Assembly (NCBI RefSeq): GCF_030013595.1
Contig: NZ_CP122768.1
Strand: one strand, 5' to 3'
DNA length: 64,000 bases
Origin: Escherichia coli
Lineage (GTDB): Bacteria > Pseudomonadota > Gammaproteobacteria > Enterobacterales > Enterobacteriaceae
Part shown: positions 38,452 through 50,209 of the stretch, piece after piece
Layout: every line of letters starts with the position of its first letter
How positions within the stretch are numbered: the first letter of the stretch is position 1
Program-made: the position numbers and the translations under genes
The notes under the pieces: generated by a model
Database searches by the model: none
Told to the model about the DNA's origin: nothing
What the model saw: only the letters and a program-made list of their open reading frames with translations

Positions 38452-39792
38452 ATGATCAAAGAGACTGTTACGATGAGTCATAAGGAACTCCACCGACTTC
38501 AGATTATTCAGGAGTCAATTAATCGACATATTACTCAGGAACAAGCTGCGGCACGCATTGGCATTTCTATTCGGCAGGTTAAACGTCTGGTGCAACGGTA
38601 TAGAAATGAAGGGCCTTCTGGTCTGGTTTCCCACCGACGTGGAAAGCGTCCTAATAATTCCTTTTCTACTGAATTCAGAGCAACAGTAATTTCACTCCTC
38701 AAAGGCCGTTACGCTGATTTTGGACCTACGTTTGCGTGCGAAAAATTGCGCGAGATACACGGTTTATCTTTATCCGTTGAAACTCTCAGAAAGTGGATGA
38801 TAGAAGAGGGGTTATGGCGTGAACGCCGTCGTAAAATTGCCCGTATATATCAACGCCGCATGCGACGACCATCTTACGGTGAACTGATCCAGATTGATGG
38901 CTCACCTCATGACTGGTTTGAAAATCGAGGCCCCAGATGTACACTGATCGTTTTCATTGATGATGCCACCAGTGCGTTGATGGCGTTGCGTTTTGTGCCT
39001 GCTGAAACAACCCGGGCTTACATGGAAACCCTCCGGGGTTACCTTAATGATCATGGCGTACCGCTCGCTCTCTACTCTGATAGACACAGTATATTCAGGG
39101 TAAATAACCCAGAGCGGGAAGGTGAGCTGACCCAGTTCACTCGTGCGATAAAGACACTGGGCATCGAGCCAATCCATGCCAACAGCCCGCAGGCAAAAGG
39201 GCGGGTAGAGCGCGCCAATCAGACACTACAGGACAGGCTGGTCAAAGAAATGCGGCTTCAGAATATCAGTGATATTGAAACAGCAAATGCATGGTTGCCG
39301 ACCTTTATTGAAGCCTATAACAACCGGTTCGCTACGTCGCCTCGTACTACTGATAATGCTCATCTTGATGAGCACCATTCTGAAGAGGAACTGGGTTATA
39401 TCTTCAGCCTACAGGCGAAGCGCGTTCTGTCTAAAAATCTCACTTTCCAGTACAAAAGCAGTGCGTTTCAGGTACGCAGTGAGGGCCGGGGATATCGACT
39501 TAGGCATTCGGTTGTTACTGTATGCGAGAACTTTGACGGTGAAATTAACGTTCTGTATGACGGGAAAGCGCTGGGCTGGGAAAAGTATGTTGATGGCCCG
39601 GAGCCTATACCACTGGATGATGAAAAGAGTGTCCATGAACGAGTGGATAATGCCCGTATTGATTTACGCTCAAAATACTATGTTAAACCTAAAGCTGACC
39701 ATCCCTGGCTTACGCGCCGAACGCAAAGTCATCAGCAAGTTAAGCCCCCGAAGTTACCTAAAAAGAAGCCTGATCCCGATAAAAAAGATTGA
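38452..39792 (+). CDS. DDE transposase, ISNCY/IS1202-group-like
   Basis: 446 aa; N-terminal HTH and integrase-core (DDE) region; basic C-terminus; element ends not resolved. Confidence 0.65.
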   Translation: MIKETVTMSHKELHRLQIIQESINRHITQEQAAARIGISIRQVKRLVQRYRNEGPSGLVSHRRGKRPNNSFSTEFRATVISLLKGRYADFGPTFACEKLREIHGLSLSVETLRKWMIEEGLWRERRRKIARIYQRRMRRPSYGELIQIDGSPHDWFENRGPRCTLIVFIDDATSALMALRFVPAETTRAYMETLRGYLNDHGVPLALYSDRHSIFRVNNPEREGELTQFTRAIKTLGIEPIHANSPQAKGRVERANQTLQDRLVKEMRLQNISDIETANAWLPTFIEAYNNRFATSPRTTDNAHLDEHHSEEELGYIFSLQAKRVLSKNLTFQYKSSAFQVRSEGRGYRLRHSVVTVCENFDGEINVLYDGKALGWEKYVDGPEPIPLDDEKSVHERVDNARIDLRSKYYVKPKADHPWLTRRTQSHQQVKPPKLPKKKPDPDKKD

Positions 39793-40185
39793 AACCAAGA
39801 TCGATTCGGTTGAGTGCATATCCATTCATAGGGTAGATTCTTAAGTCGCGTTTCTGGTGTTCATTTTCGGGTGGTTTGTTACTTGTTTTACCGGGGATAT
39901 GCCAGAAACGCGCTGAGTCAGTCTGGGCGGTGCGCGTAATGAGGCGTTATGGTAAATAGCCTATGCTAATGTCCGCTAAGAGCAAGAAGCGGAAGTTGGC
40001 AGTTTTGTGGACTGTCCCCACAAAAGTGACTACAGAAATAGTTGCAATTCATAATTGATCATGGGTTGTCAGTTAAACTCGTGGCGATTTAAATAGACTA
40101 ATTGGGAGTGCGTCCATTACTTATATCTTGTAATGTTAACTATCAGAAATGATACAAAGATAATATGTCTTTAAAGAAAAGGCTG

Positions 40186-40214
40186 ATGGCGAAAAGTGGC
40201 CCGATGAGGGCCAC
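40186..40214 (-). terminator. Rho-independent terminator downstream of flxA
   Basis: Minus-strand hairpin GTGGCCCUCAUCGGGCCAC followed by UUUUC. Confidence 0.5.
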
Positions 40215-40228
40215 AATACGGCTGTCAC

Positions 40229-40561
40229 TTAGACGTAAATATCAATGGTGCCAGCGGTATTTGTATCGTCTTTTTTCTCTTCTTTTTTATCAGGCTGAAC
40301 TGTCGCGTCTTCATTCTTTTTCTCTGCCTGCTGCCTTAACAACTGCTCCAGTTGAGCCCAGAGGCTTTCAATTTGCTTCTGTACCAATGCAGCCATTTCT
40401 TTTTTCTGCTGTGTCGTCATCCCCTCTTCCGATGAGATTTTCCCAAGCTTTTCAGTCAGCACCTGAATTTGTCTTGTGATTTTGGCTATTTCTGATGTTC
40501 CTTCCGGGGCGGAGTTGTTTGAAATAACGGTTGAGGTATTTCCCTGAATTGTGACAGACAT
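40229..40561 (-). CDS. flxA: FlxA (FliA-regulated prophage protein)
   Basis: 110 aa MSVTIQGNTSTVISNNSAPEG... matching recalled FlxA. Confidence 0.8.
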   Translation of the reverse strand: MSVTIQGNTSTVISNNSAPEGTSEIAKITRQIQVLTEKLGKISSEEGMTTQQKKEMAALVQKQIESLWAQLEQLLRQQAEKKNEDATVQPDKKEEKKDDTNTAGTIDIYV

Positions 40562-40584
40562 AGATTTCTCCTTTTAAAAAAGCA

Positions 40585-40611
40585 CTATCGGCATGCACAA
40601 AAAAATCTTTA
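40585..40611 (-). promoter_or_regulatory. sigma-28 (FliA) class promoter for flxA
   Basis: Minus strand TAAAGATT-N11-GCCGATAG versus consensus TAAAGTTT-N11-GCCGATAA, 24 nt upstream of flxA start. Confidence 0.7.
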
Positions 40612-41093
40612 ATCGTATTTCTTGTGTCATTAATTGTTTGATGTTCAGATTGTTTTCCTCGCGGGCTGGCGCGCCTCAGAAAGTAAAGCTTGTTGACAGG
40701 GGTAAACGTTCGGCAATAATTTTCTGCCGCATGCGGGTGTTGCATAAAACGTGTTACGTTCCTTTATCGACAGGTCAGGTCACCGCTCACCCGCCGACGA
40801 GAAAGCAACACTGACATGCTAAAGCAAAAAATAGATGAATAAGTTGAGTTGTGCATATGTAGCCTGACCGTCACAAAGTATATGGTGTCTGTACCAGTAA
40901 GATGATGGCCGGACTCTTTAAAAACGAGCTGACCTGCACAATACAGGATGGACTTAGCAATGGCTGCTCCTGGCAGAAAGCGGACAGTGATCACCGTTCT
41001 TACGACTACTTTCTGACTTCCTTCGTGACTTGCCCTAAGCATGTTGTAGTGCGATACTTGTAATGACATTTGTAATTACAAGAGGTGTAAGAC

Positions 41094-41333
41094 ATGGGTA
41101 GCATTAACCTGCGTATTGACGATGAACTTAAAGCGCGTTCTTACGCCGCGCTTGAAAAAATGGGTGTAACTCCTTCTGAAGCGCTTCGTCTCATGCTCGA
41201 GTATATCGCTGACAATGAACGCTTGCCGTTCAAACAGACACTCCTGAGTGATGAAGATGCTGAACTTGTGGAGATAGTGAAAGAACGGCTTCGTAATCCT
41301 AAGCCAGTACGTGTGACGCTGGATGAACTCTGA
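41094..41333 (+). CDS. relB: RelB antitoxin
   Basis: 79 aa MGSINLRIDDELKARSYAALEKMGVTPSEALR... Confidence 0.9.
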   Translation: MGSINLRIDDELKARSYAALEKMGVTPSEALRLMLEYIADNERLPFKQTLLSDEDAELVEIVKERLRNPKPVRVTLDEL

Positions 41334-41620
41334 TGGCGTATTTTCTGGATTTTGACGAGCGGGCACTAAAGGAATGGCGAAAGCTGGGCTCGACGGTACG
41401 TGAACAGTTGAAAAAGAAGCTGGTTGAAGTAATTGAGTCACCCCGGATTGAAGCAAACAAGCTCCGTGGTATGCCTGATTGTTACAAGATTAAGCTCCGG
41501 TCTTCAGGCTATCGCCTTGTATACCAGGTTATAGACGAGAAAGTTGTCGTTTTCGTGATTTCTGTTGGGAAAAGAGAACGCTCGGAAGTATATAGCGAGG
41601 CGGTCAAACGCATTCTCTGA
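41333..41620 (+). CDS. relE: RelE mRNA-interferase toxin
   Basis: 95 aa MAYFLDFDERALKEWRKLG...; start overlaps relB stop. Confidence 0.9.
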   Translation: MAYFLDFDERALKEWRKLGSTVREQLKKKLVEVIESPRIEANKLRGMPDCYKIKLRSSGYRLVYQVIDEKVVVFVISVGKRERSEVYSEAVKRIL

Positions 41621-41691
41621 ACCAAAGCATGACATCTCTGTTTCGCACCGAAGGTGACACTTCTGCTTTGCGTTGACAGGAGAAGCAGGCT

Positions 41692-41847
41692 ATGAAGCAG
41701 CAAAAGGCGATGTTAATCGCCCTGATCGTCATCTGTTTAACCGTCATAGTGACGGCACTGGTAACGAGGAAAGACCTCTGCGAGGTACGAATCCGAACCG
41801 GCCAGACGGAGGTCGCTGTCTTCACAGCTTACGAACCTGAGGAGTAA
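41692..41847 (+). CDS. hokD: Hok-family membrane toxin HokD (RelF)
   Basis: 51 aa MKQQKAMLIALIVICLTVIVTALVTRKDLCEVRIRTGQTEVAVFTAYEPEE; below ORF-track cutoff. Confidence 0.85.
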   Translation: MKQQKAMLIALIVICLTVIVTALVTRKDLCEVRIRTGQTEVAVFTAYEPEE

Positions 41848-42063
41848 GAGACCCGGCGAGGGAGAAATCCCTCGCCACCTCTGATGTGTCAGGCATCCTC
41901 AACGCACCCGCACTTAACCCGCTTCGGCGGGTTTTTGTTTTTATTTTCAACGCGTTTGAAGTTCTGGACGGTGCCGGAATAGAATCAAAAATACTTAAGT
42001 AGCGCGCAGGGATAAGAGGGATGGTCCCTTAAAGGGGAGAGCTAATTATCCGGAAGGATTCTG

Positions 42064-42315
42064 ATGATGAACATCGAAGAACTGCGTAAAATTTTTTGTG
42101 AAGATGGCCTCTATGCTGTGTGCGTTGAAAATGGAAATCTTGTTAGTCATTACCGCATTATGTGTTTGCGAAAGAATGGGGCTGCGTTAATTAATTTTGT
42201 GGATGGTCGAGTGACAGACAGATTTATCTTGCGCGAAGGTGAGTTTGTCACTTCATTACAGGCACTGAAAGAGATCGGAATAAAAGCAGGCTTTTCAGCT
42301 TTTGCAGAAGAATAA
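42064..42315 (+). CDS. rem: Rem protein
   Basis: 83 aa MMNIEELRKIFCEDGLYAVCVENG... matching recalled Rem. Confidence 0.8.
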   Translation: MMNIEELRKIFCEDGLYAVCVENGNLVSHYRIMCLRKNGAALINFVDGRVTDRFILREGEFVTSLQALKEIGIKAGFSAFAEE

Positions 42316-42622
42316 ACTCATCTACAATCTTGCGCGGGGCTGAACTCCCGCTGAGTAACACCGTGCCACCGGAGAAAACCGATGGCACGCAACGTAAAAT
42401 ATTACAATTCTGATAATTCGCCCGTTCTTGCCTGCACGCACGAGCGGTATTCTCACGCATTCAAGTCTGAATGGTTCCAACACCCTCCATGCACTGAAGA
42501 GCAGGCTGAATGGATAATTCAGTGTTACCGCAGGCGCGGATACGAGGTTAAGAAAGCCCTTAGTCTCGACTACCGTCACTGGATAATCTCAGTCAGATTG
42601 CCTTACTCCGAACGCCCACCAC

Positions 42623-43711
42623 GTGCGTCCCGCACTTTCCAGCAACGGATCTGGAGGTAACGTGCGGGTATTACTTAGACCTGTTCTGGTGCCTGAGCTT
42701 GGGCTGGTGGTCCTTAAGCCGGGCCGTGAATCCATACAGATATTTCATAATCCTCGAGTGCTGGTGGAACCGGAACCAAAAAGCATGCGTAATCTGCCAT
42801 CCGGAGTCGTTCCTGCCGTTGGCCAGCCGCTGGCGGAAGACAAAACATTGCTGCCGTTTTTTAGTAACGAACGGGTGATTCGTGCTGCTGGCGGCGTTGG
42901 CTCATTGTCTGACTGGCTATTACGTCATGTTACATCCTGCCAGTGGCCTAATGGCGATTACCATCACACTGAAACAGTCATTCACCGTTATGGTACCGGC
43001 GCAATGGTGTTGTGTTGGCACTGCGACAACCAACTGCGTGACCAGACATCGGAATCACTGGAGCTGCTTGCTCAACAAAATCTGACAGCATGGGTGATTG
43101 ACGTCATCCGTCACGCAATAAGCGGTACGCAGGAGCGGGAATTATCTTTGGCTGAATTATCCTGGTGGGCGGTCTGCAATCAGGTGGTGGATGCACTACC
43201 TGAGGCTGTATCGCGTCGTTCGCTGGGATTACCAGCGGAAAAAATCTGCTCGGTGTACCGCGAAAGCGACATCGTACCGGGAGAGCAGACCGCCACCAGC
43301 ATATTGAAACAACGCACAAAAAATCTTGCACCGTTGCCTTACGCCCACCAGCAACAAAAACTACCACAGGAAAAGACGGTGGTAAGCATCACCGTTGATC
43401 CAGAGTCTCCGGAATCTTTCATGAAGCTGCCTAAACGTCGCCGCTGGGTTAAGGAGAAATACACACGTTGGGTTAAGACACAGCCGTGTGCTTGCTGCGG
43501 TATGCCAGCCGACGATCCGCATCATCTGATTGGTCACGGGCAGGGCGGAATGGGAACAAAAGCACATGATCTCTTTGTGTTGCCTTTGTGCAGAAAGCAT
43601 CACAACGAGCTGCATACGGATACAGTGGCATTTGAAGAGAAGTATGGCTCCCAACTGGAGCTGATATTTCGTTTTATCGATCGCGCGCTGGCAATTGGCG
43701 TACTGGCGTAA
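42623..43711 (+). CDS. ydfU: YdfU-like DUF968 protein (HNH-like C-terminus)
   Basis: 362-aa ORF; C-terminal CACCG...HHLIGHG...CRKHHNELH cysteine/histidine motif; true start uncertain (overlapping ORF 42382..42660). Confidence 0.65.
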   Translation: MRPALSSNGSGGNVRVLLRPVLVPELGLVVLKPGRESIQIFHNPRVLVEPEPKSMRNLPSGVVPAVGQPLAEDKTLLPFFSNERVIRAAGGVGSLSDWLLRHVTSCQWPNGDYHHTETVIHRYGTGAMVLCWHCDNQLRDQTSESLELLAQQNLTAWVIDVIRHAISGTQERELSLAELSWWAVCNQVVDALPEAVSRRSLGLPAEKICSVYRESDIVPGEQTATSILKQRTKNLAPLPYAHQQQKLPQEKTVVSITVDPESPESFMKLPKRRRWVKEKYTRWVKTQPCACCGMPADDPHHLIGHGQGGMGTKAHDLFVLPLCRKHHNELHTDTVAFEEKYGSQLELIFRFIDRALAIGVLA

Positions 43712-43724
43712 GTGGAGAACGAGC

Positions 43725-44477
43725 ATGAACCTTGAAGCCTTACCAAAATATTACTCCCCAAAATCTCCAAAATTGAGCGATGACGCTCCAGCGACAGGCA
43801 CCGGTTGTTTAACAATTACGGATGTAATGGCAGCGCAGGGGATGGTGCAGTCGAAAGCACCACTTGGGTTGGCCTTATTTCTGGCAAAAGTTGGTGTTCA
43901 GGACCCTCAGTTTGCGATTGAAGGCCTGCTAAATTACGCGATGGCACTGGATAACCCGACATTGAACAAATTGAGTGAAGAAATCCGGTTACAGATTATT
44001 CCTTACCTCGTGAGTTTTGCCTTTGCTGATTACTCCAGGTCTGCGGCAAGTAAGGCTCGCTGTGAGCATTGTTCAGGTACGGGATTTTATAATGTATTGC
44101 GCGAAGTGGTGAAACACTACAGACGCGGGGAATCTGTAATCAAGGAAGAATGGGTGAAGGAACTATGTCAGCATTGCCATGGTAAGGGCGAAGCCAGCAC
44201 AGCGTGCAGAGGGTGTAAGGGTAAAGGGATTGTTCTGGATGAAAAAAGAACCCGGTTTCATGGCGTACCGGTATATAAGATTTGTGGGCGTTGTAATGGA
44301 AACCGGTTTAGTCGTTTACCGACCACGCTGGCACGACGTCATGTCCAGAAGCTGGTACCAGACCTGACCGATTATCAGTGGTATAAGGGGTATGCGGACG
44401 TCATTGGTAAACTGGTAACAAAGTGCTGGCAGGAAGAAGCATACGCGGAAGCGCAATTGAGGAAGGTGACGAGATAA
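43725..44477 (+). CDS. quuQ: late-gene antiterminator Q (QuuQ-like)
   Basis: 250 aa from MNLEALPKYY; cysteine-rich zinc-binding region CEHCSGTG...CQHCHGKG...CRGCKGKG. Confidence 0.8.
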   Translation: MNLEALPKYYSPKSPKLSDDAPATGTGCLTITDVMAAQGMVQSKAPLGLALFLAKVGVQDPQFAIEGLLNYAMALDNPTLNKLSEEIRLQIIPYLVSFAFADYSRSAASKARCEHCSGTGFYNVLREVVKHYRRGESVIKEEWVKELCQHCHGKGEASTACRGCKGKGIVLDEKRTRFHGVPVYKICGRCNGNRFSRLPTTLARRHVQKLVPDLTDYQWYKGYADVIGKLVTKCWQEEAYAEAQLRKVTR

Positions 44478-44583
44478 ATGATTTTTGCTGAAGATGGCGA
44501 CATGATGTTTGCATTTTTCAAAAAATATGGATAAAATTTTTTCAACGATGGGCTTTGTATACCCGACGTTAAGAAAAAGTAGA

Positions 44584-44610
44584 AAACCCGCTGATGAGCG
44601 GGTTTTGTGC
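44584..44610 (+). terminator. Rho-independent terminator in late-promoter region downstream of Q
   Basis: CCCGCTGATGAGCGGG hairpin followed by TTTTGTGC. Confidence 0.6.
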
Positions 44611-44898
44611 TTTAAATGGGGCAATGGTAATGTTGAATCTCATCCCGGGACTCATGTCTGTTAACTTATTATTTAGCTGGTGACTTGGTTATTTGCCTGA
44701 TGTTTAAAATGTTTTCTTCCAGTACAATGTCCCTAAACACAATGAGTCTGCTTATTATATTATTAGCAGAGCTATTACGGCCAAAGTACAGCATAAGCTT
44801 TTAAAGCCAATCAACCAGTCATCAAGACAGACGGGGTTATTCATAAAAACTCTCCATGTGTGATCCGATGGGGCCTGAAATTAAAGCTTTAATATAGC

Positions 44899-45111
44899 TC
44901 ATGAAAGGTAAACATTGGCAGCTGAAGGGCCACGCAGACCATTTATCCGGCAAAATTCCACGCGTAATCCGGTGGTAATTTCTTCTGCATCGCGGAGATT
45001 GAGCGCTGAAACATGAAGCTGGACATCGATACGACCATCGGATGGGGTGATAAGACCCTTGCCGCTTTTGCCGTCAAAGGTTTTGACAATTCCTGTCATT
45101 TTACGGGACAA
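44899..45111 (-). CDS. cspF: cold-shock-domain protein (CspF/CspH-like)
   Basis: 70 aa [13 protein letters not shown]... CSD fold. Confidence 0.75.
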
Positions 45112-45411
45112 AAAAATTCCTTAATACTGATAACTTGGCGCACTATACACACGTTCCTGAAGAAAGCTATAGTTTTTTGATGGGGTTGAAGATGGCTGGA
45201 TGTCTAAAATAAACATTGCTTCATATGTTCAACTATGCGTTAATGATTGCGTCGGTTTGAAGAACAGACGATATACGAAGTAGTTTACTAAAGCAGTTCT
45301 CATTTCAGGTGTTATTCACTTATTCCTTCTTTGAGTCTCTCCAATTAAGTACGAAGTCGTTTCTGTTATGCAAACCATTTATGCCGAAAGGCTCAAGTTA
45401 AGGAATGTAGA

Positions 45412-45627
45412 ATGTCAAATAAAATGACTGGTTTAGTAAAATGGTTTAACGCTGATAAAGGTTTCGGCTTTATTTCTCCTGTTGATGGTAGTAAAGATGT
45501 GTTTGTGCATTTTTCTGCGATTCAGAATGATAATTATCGAACCTTATTTGAAGGTCAAAAGGTTACCTTCTCTATAGAGAGTGGTGCTAAAGGTCCTGCA
45601 GCAGCAAATGTCATCATTACTGATTAA
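45412..45627 (+). CDS. cspB: cold-shock protein CspB
   Basis: 71 aa [23 protein letters not shown]... Confidence 0.85.
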   Translation: MSNKMTGLVKWFNADKGFGFISPVDGSKDVFVHFSAIQNDNYRTLFEGQKVTFSIESGAKGPAAANVIITD

Positions 45628-45990
45628 AATTCATCGCTCGTCTGTATACGATAACGAAGAAGGCTGATGCCTGAGTAGAGATACGGACAGAGTAGTGAAT
45701 ATTGGATTTCTTTAATAAAAATTAAGGAGGTCCAATACATGAAACAATGGTCAGCATATTTGGCAAAATCTTAATCAGGAAAAGTATGCTAACCATTGTG
45801 GTGAAGTGCAGGTTTGCTGCATGAATAGTTTTACAGCAGAAGCTAACTGCTGGCATGGCAAAACAAAGTGCGTAAGTGGATGACTCCCACAAAAAGCACC
45901 ACAATCTCAAACCCGCTCAGGCGGGTTTTTTATTATCTGCTTTAAATATATTATTAAAATATAAAAAATACTTGTTACTAATAAAATCAA

Positions 45991-46212
45991 TCAGGCTACA
46001 GCTTTAAGATTTGTCTGGAATACTTTGTTGCAATGAGGGCAGATCAAAAGGGCACCTTTTTGTACTCTTGAAAAACTGTGTTCTGACTCTTGGGTGCAGT
46101 TTGGGCAGGAACATTTAACGAGATAATTACGGCGTGATTTTGAGTCTTTACGTTCTGACATAGGCTTTTCCTGTATAAATGGCCGTATACAGTACACTAA
46201 ATATGAAAACAT
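45991..46212 (-). CDS. hypothetical zinc-ribbon protein
   Basis: 73-aa ORF with CxxC...CxxC (CSCPNC...CPHC). Confidence 0.45.
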   Translation of the reverse strand: MFSYLVYCIRPFIQEKPMSERKDSKSRRNYLVKCSCPNCTQESEHSFSRVQKGALLICPHCNKVFQTNLKAVA

Positions 46213-46380
46213 TTCTCGTATTATTATTTTATATATGACTTTCTTTCAAAATAATTACTCACATTTTTAATGTGTATGTTTCTTTAGCGCCGTTGAGAAC
46301 AGCGTGTGCTGTCAAAACTACCCCGTAGACTCCGATCTTTTCAAACATATTGCACCATCCGTGTACATCGGGGTGAGGAT

Positions 46381-46596
46381 ATGAAATCAATGGATAAGTT
46401 AACAACAGGTGTTGCCTATGGCACATCGGCGGGTAATGCTGGTTTCTGGGCATTGCAGTTACTCGATAAAGTAACTCCGTCACAGTGGGCTGCAATCGGT
46501 GTGCTGGGTAGCCTGGTTTTTGGCCTGCTGACGTATCTGACAAATCTTTATTTCAAGATTAAAGAAGACAGGCGTAAGGCTGCGAGAGGAGAATAA
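46381..46596 (+). CDS. phage holin (EssQ/EssD-like)
   Basis: 71 aa [26 protein letters not shown]... with TM segments and charged C-terminus; precedes lysozyme. Confidence 0.8.
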   Translation: MKSMDKLTTGVAYGTSAGNAGFWALQLLDKVTPSQWAAIGVLGSLVFGLLTYLTNLYFKIKEDRRKAARGE

Positions 46597-46600
46597 TCCA

Positions 46601-46907
46601 ATGACTCAAGGCTATGAACTGGTTGTGAAAGGAGTCCGTAATTTTGAGAATAAAGTTACGGTAACTGTAGCCTTACAGGACAAAGAACGCTTTGACGGTG
46701 AAATTTTTGGCCTGGATGTCGCCATGGACCGTGTTGAAGGAGCTACGCTGGAGTTTTATGAGGCAGCAGCCAGAATGAGCGTCCGGCAAGTCTTCCTGGA
46801 AGTAGCAGAAAAATTGTCAGAAAAGTTGAGTCTTATCTGCAGCATCAGTACTCCTTTAAGATTGAAAATCCTGCCAATAAGCACGAGCGTCCTCATCATA
46901 AATATCT

Positions 46908-46911
<4 letters not shown>
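46601..46911 (+). pseudogene. ydfR: YdfR-like (DUF1327) gene with apparent frameshift near 46815-46820
   Basis: N-terminal 80 aa in one frame; conserved C-terminus ...SYLQHQYSFKIENPANKHERPHHKYL is in +1 frame ending at TGA overlapping lysozyme ATG; shift lies in an A-run. Confidence 0.6.
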
Positions 46912-47935
<1,024 letters not shown>

Positions 47936-48296
47936 GGTAATATTAAATCGGAACATTTACATCGCGGAATGTAAAATTTAAATAAAAAGGACTCTTCCAT
48001 GAGCCAAAATTCCTGAAATCTTAAGGGTAAGATAAAAGGTCTTAATCAGAATGACACGTTTTATTAATAAATAAAGCTATTCTTTCATTGCTGTGTTTTT
48101 CTTTACAAAAGTAATCCTTGCTATGGGTGGTTAATCATGCGTTAATGGTGTTCTGGTTTGTTACAAATTTATCTGAAGCAGTCATTGTTATAATTTTATT
48201 ATTTGTACCTCTTGAGATTTCCTTGTTGGTTTTTCTCTCTGATATTTTTTTCGGACCATTCTGCCCAAGGGCTAATTTCTTCAAAAGGTAATAATT

Positions 48297-48509
48297 ATGT
48301 CTAACAAAATGACTGGTTTAGTAAAATGGTTTAACCCTGAAAAAGGTTTTGGTTTCATCACGCCGAAAGATGGCAGCAAAGATGTGTTTGTCCATTTCTC
48401 AGCAATTCAGAGCAACGATTTCAAAACATTAACTGAGAATCAGGAAGTTGAATTTGGTATTGAGAACGGACCTAAAGGTCCTGCCGCTGTTCATGTAGTG
48501 GCGCTTTGA
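48297..48509 (+). CDS. cspI: cold-shock protein CspI-like
   Basis: 70 aa [23 protein letters not shown]... Confidence 0.85.
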   Translation: MSNKMTGLVKWFNPEKGFGFITPKDGSKDVFVHFSAIQSNDFKTLTENQEVEFGIENGPKGPAAVHVVAL

Positions 48510-49179
48510 GGTAGACAATATTACAAACCATATTCACTTTAGATGCCCGTGTTGTCATGGTTCCCAGTATAGAACATCATCTTTTGATGTTTCTGACATG
48601 AATCCTTTCGGGGCAAAATGTATCTTTTGTAAATCAATGATGATTACATTTGATAATATTTCACAATACTTAAATGCCAGCCGTCTGTCGTTGGATTTAA
48701 AAAAGTGAAAATGAAGGCTCCTTCGGGAGCTTTTTGGCTTGGTGTCTATTCGATGGATACTCACATACTACGGTAACATCATGAAAAAAATCATAGTTTT
48801 TTTTAACTCTGAACCAGCAGTGGTAGTGCCAGCGATGACTGGAGTTAACACCATCATGCGTGAATATCCAAATGGCGAAAAAACACACCTTACTGTAATG
48901 GCCGCAGGGTTTCCATCTCTGACCGGAGATCATAAAGTCATTTATGTAGCCGCGGATCGACATGTTACTTCAGAAGAAATTCTGGAAGCAGCAATAAGGC
49001 TCTTGAGTTGATTTGATGCTATTGCATTGATAATTCAGGAAAATTCTCTTTGTCTGTTTGTGTAAAATTTAGACTATCGTATGTTGATTATTGCGATGTT
49101 TCATCTTATCTTTTACACGTTTGCACCATATAATCGACTTACTGTGTAACTGGAAAGTCATAACAGACTAAAAGAGGAA

Positions 49180-49356
49180 ATGATGAATATTGAAAACTTA
49201 AAAACAAAAGCAGAAGCAGATATTTCTGAATATATAACAAAAAAAATTATTGAACTTAAGAAAAAGACCGGGAAAGAAGTTACCAGTATTCAGTTTACCG
49301 CACGGGAAAAAATGACGGGTCTTGAAAGCTATGATGTCAAGATTAATTTAATCTGA
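49180..49356 (+). CDS. gnsB: GnsA/GnsB-family small protein
   Basis: 58 aa MMNIENLKTKAEADISEYITKKI...TGLESYDVKINLI; below ORF-track cutoff. Confidence 0.7.
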   Translation: MMNIENLKTKAEADISEYITKKIIELKKKTGKEVTSIQFTAREKMTGLESYDVKINLI

Positions 49357-49507
49357 TGTATTCAATAATAAAATTTATCCATAAACCTCGTTTTTACGGG
49401 GTTTTGTTATATTTGAATGGTTCCGAATATCTAAATCACAATTGTTGATGGTTTTTATTAAACCAATGCAGTCCGGCTCAGGAGTGAGAGAAGCCGGACG
49501 TTATGGT

Positions 49508-49918
49508 TTAGCGTGGTAAGATCTGTGTAGTTTTCTGGATGCTTTCAGTAAATAGTAATGAATTATCAAAGGTATAGTAATATCTTTTTTGTTCGTGGAT
49601 ATTTGTAACCCACCGAAAAACTCCTGCTTTAGCAAGGTTTCTTCTGTATTCCTGAAATGTGATCTCTCTGGATTTCAGCTTATTAGAGGTCGTTTCTATA
49701 AGATGCCTATCCTTTGAAAATTTGACAGACACAATGTTTTTTAGGCCCTTTAATAACACTGTATTATCATTTTTTAATACAATATGAACATTCTCTGTGG
49801 CTAAATAGTAAATGTAATGTGAGACATTGTGACGTTTTAGCTCAGAATAAAACCATTGATAGTTTAAATCGTTTCGAACTTTATCAAATATTTGTTTAAA
49901 AATGACTACCTGATCCAT
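49508..49918 (-). CDS. ydfO: YdfO (DUF1398) protein
   Basis: 136 aa from [23 protein letters not shown]... Confidence 0.8.
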
Positions 49919-49975
49919 AGATAAACCTTCCATGTGATATGAGGGGGCGTAGTCTGCACGATTATCTAAATTGCT

Positions 49976-50209
49976 TCAATCTGGTCTGACCTGTTTTCTG
50001 AGCAATTCAGTAATGTCACTCTTTTCTTTGTTTGCTTCAGAAGAAACTCTTTTTTCTGAGCACAGTCTCCGGCGGCAGGCTTCAATGACCCAGGCTGAGA
50101 AATTCCCGGACCCTTTTTGCTCAAGAGCGATGTTAATTTGTTCAATCATTTGGTTAGGAAAGCGGATGTTGCGGGTTGTTGTTCTGCGGGTTCTGTTCTT
50201 CGTTGACAT
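49976..50209 (-). CDS. hypothetical small basic protein (possible ribbon-helix-helix)
   Basis: 77-aa ORF just left of cos; RNIRFPNQMIEQINIALE resembles RHH beta-strand/helix. Confidence 0.4.
   Translation of the reverse strand: MSTKNRTRRTTTRNIRFPNQMIEQINIALEQKGSGNFSAWVIEACRRRLCSEKRVSSEANKEKSDITELLRKQVRPD

Noticed and set aside
42382-42660. 92-aa ORF overlapping the start of ydfU-like gene, considered as evidence of a frameshifted ydfU
   Set aside because: Cannot tell without alignment whether this is a separate small gene or an N-terminal extension; left as uncertain start of ydfU-like CDS.
44620-44900. Searched the region downstream of Q for tRNA genes, as found in some lambdoid phages
   Set aside because: No cloverleaf-compatible sequence or conserved T-loop (GGTTCGAATCC-type) motif found.
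48510-48740. Cysteine-rich short reading frame downstream of cspI (CPCCHGSQYRTSSFDVSDMNPFGAKCIFCKSMMITF...)
   Set aside because: No in-frame start codon ahead of the CxxC motif (only an internal ATG giving 35 aa) and no clear RBS; possibly a gene remnant, not annotated.
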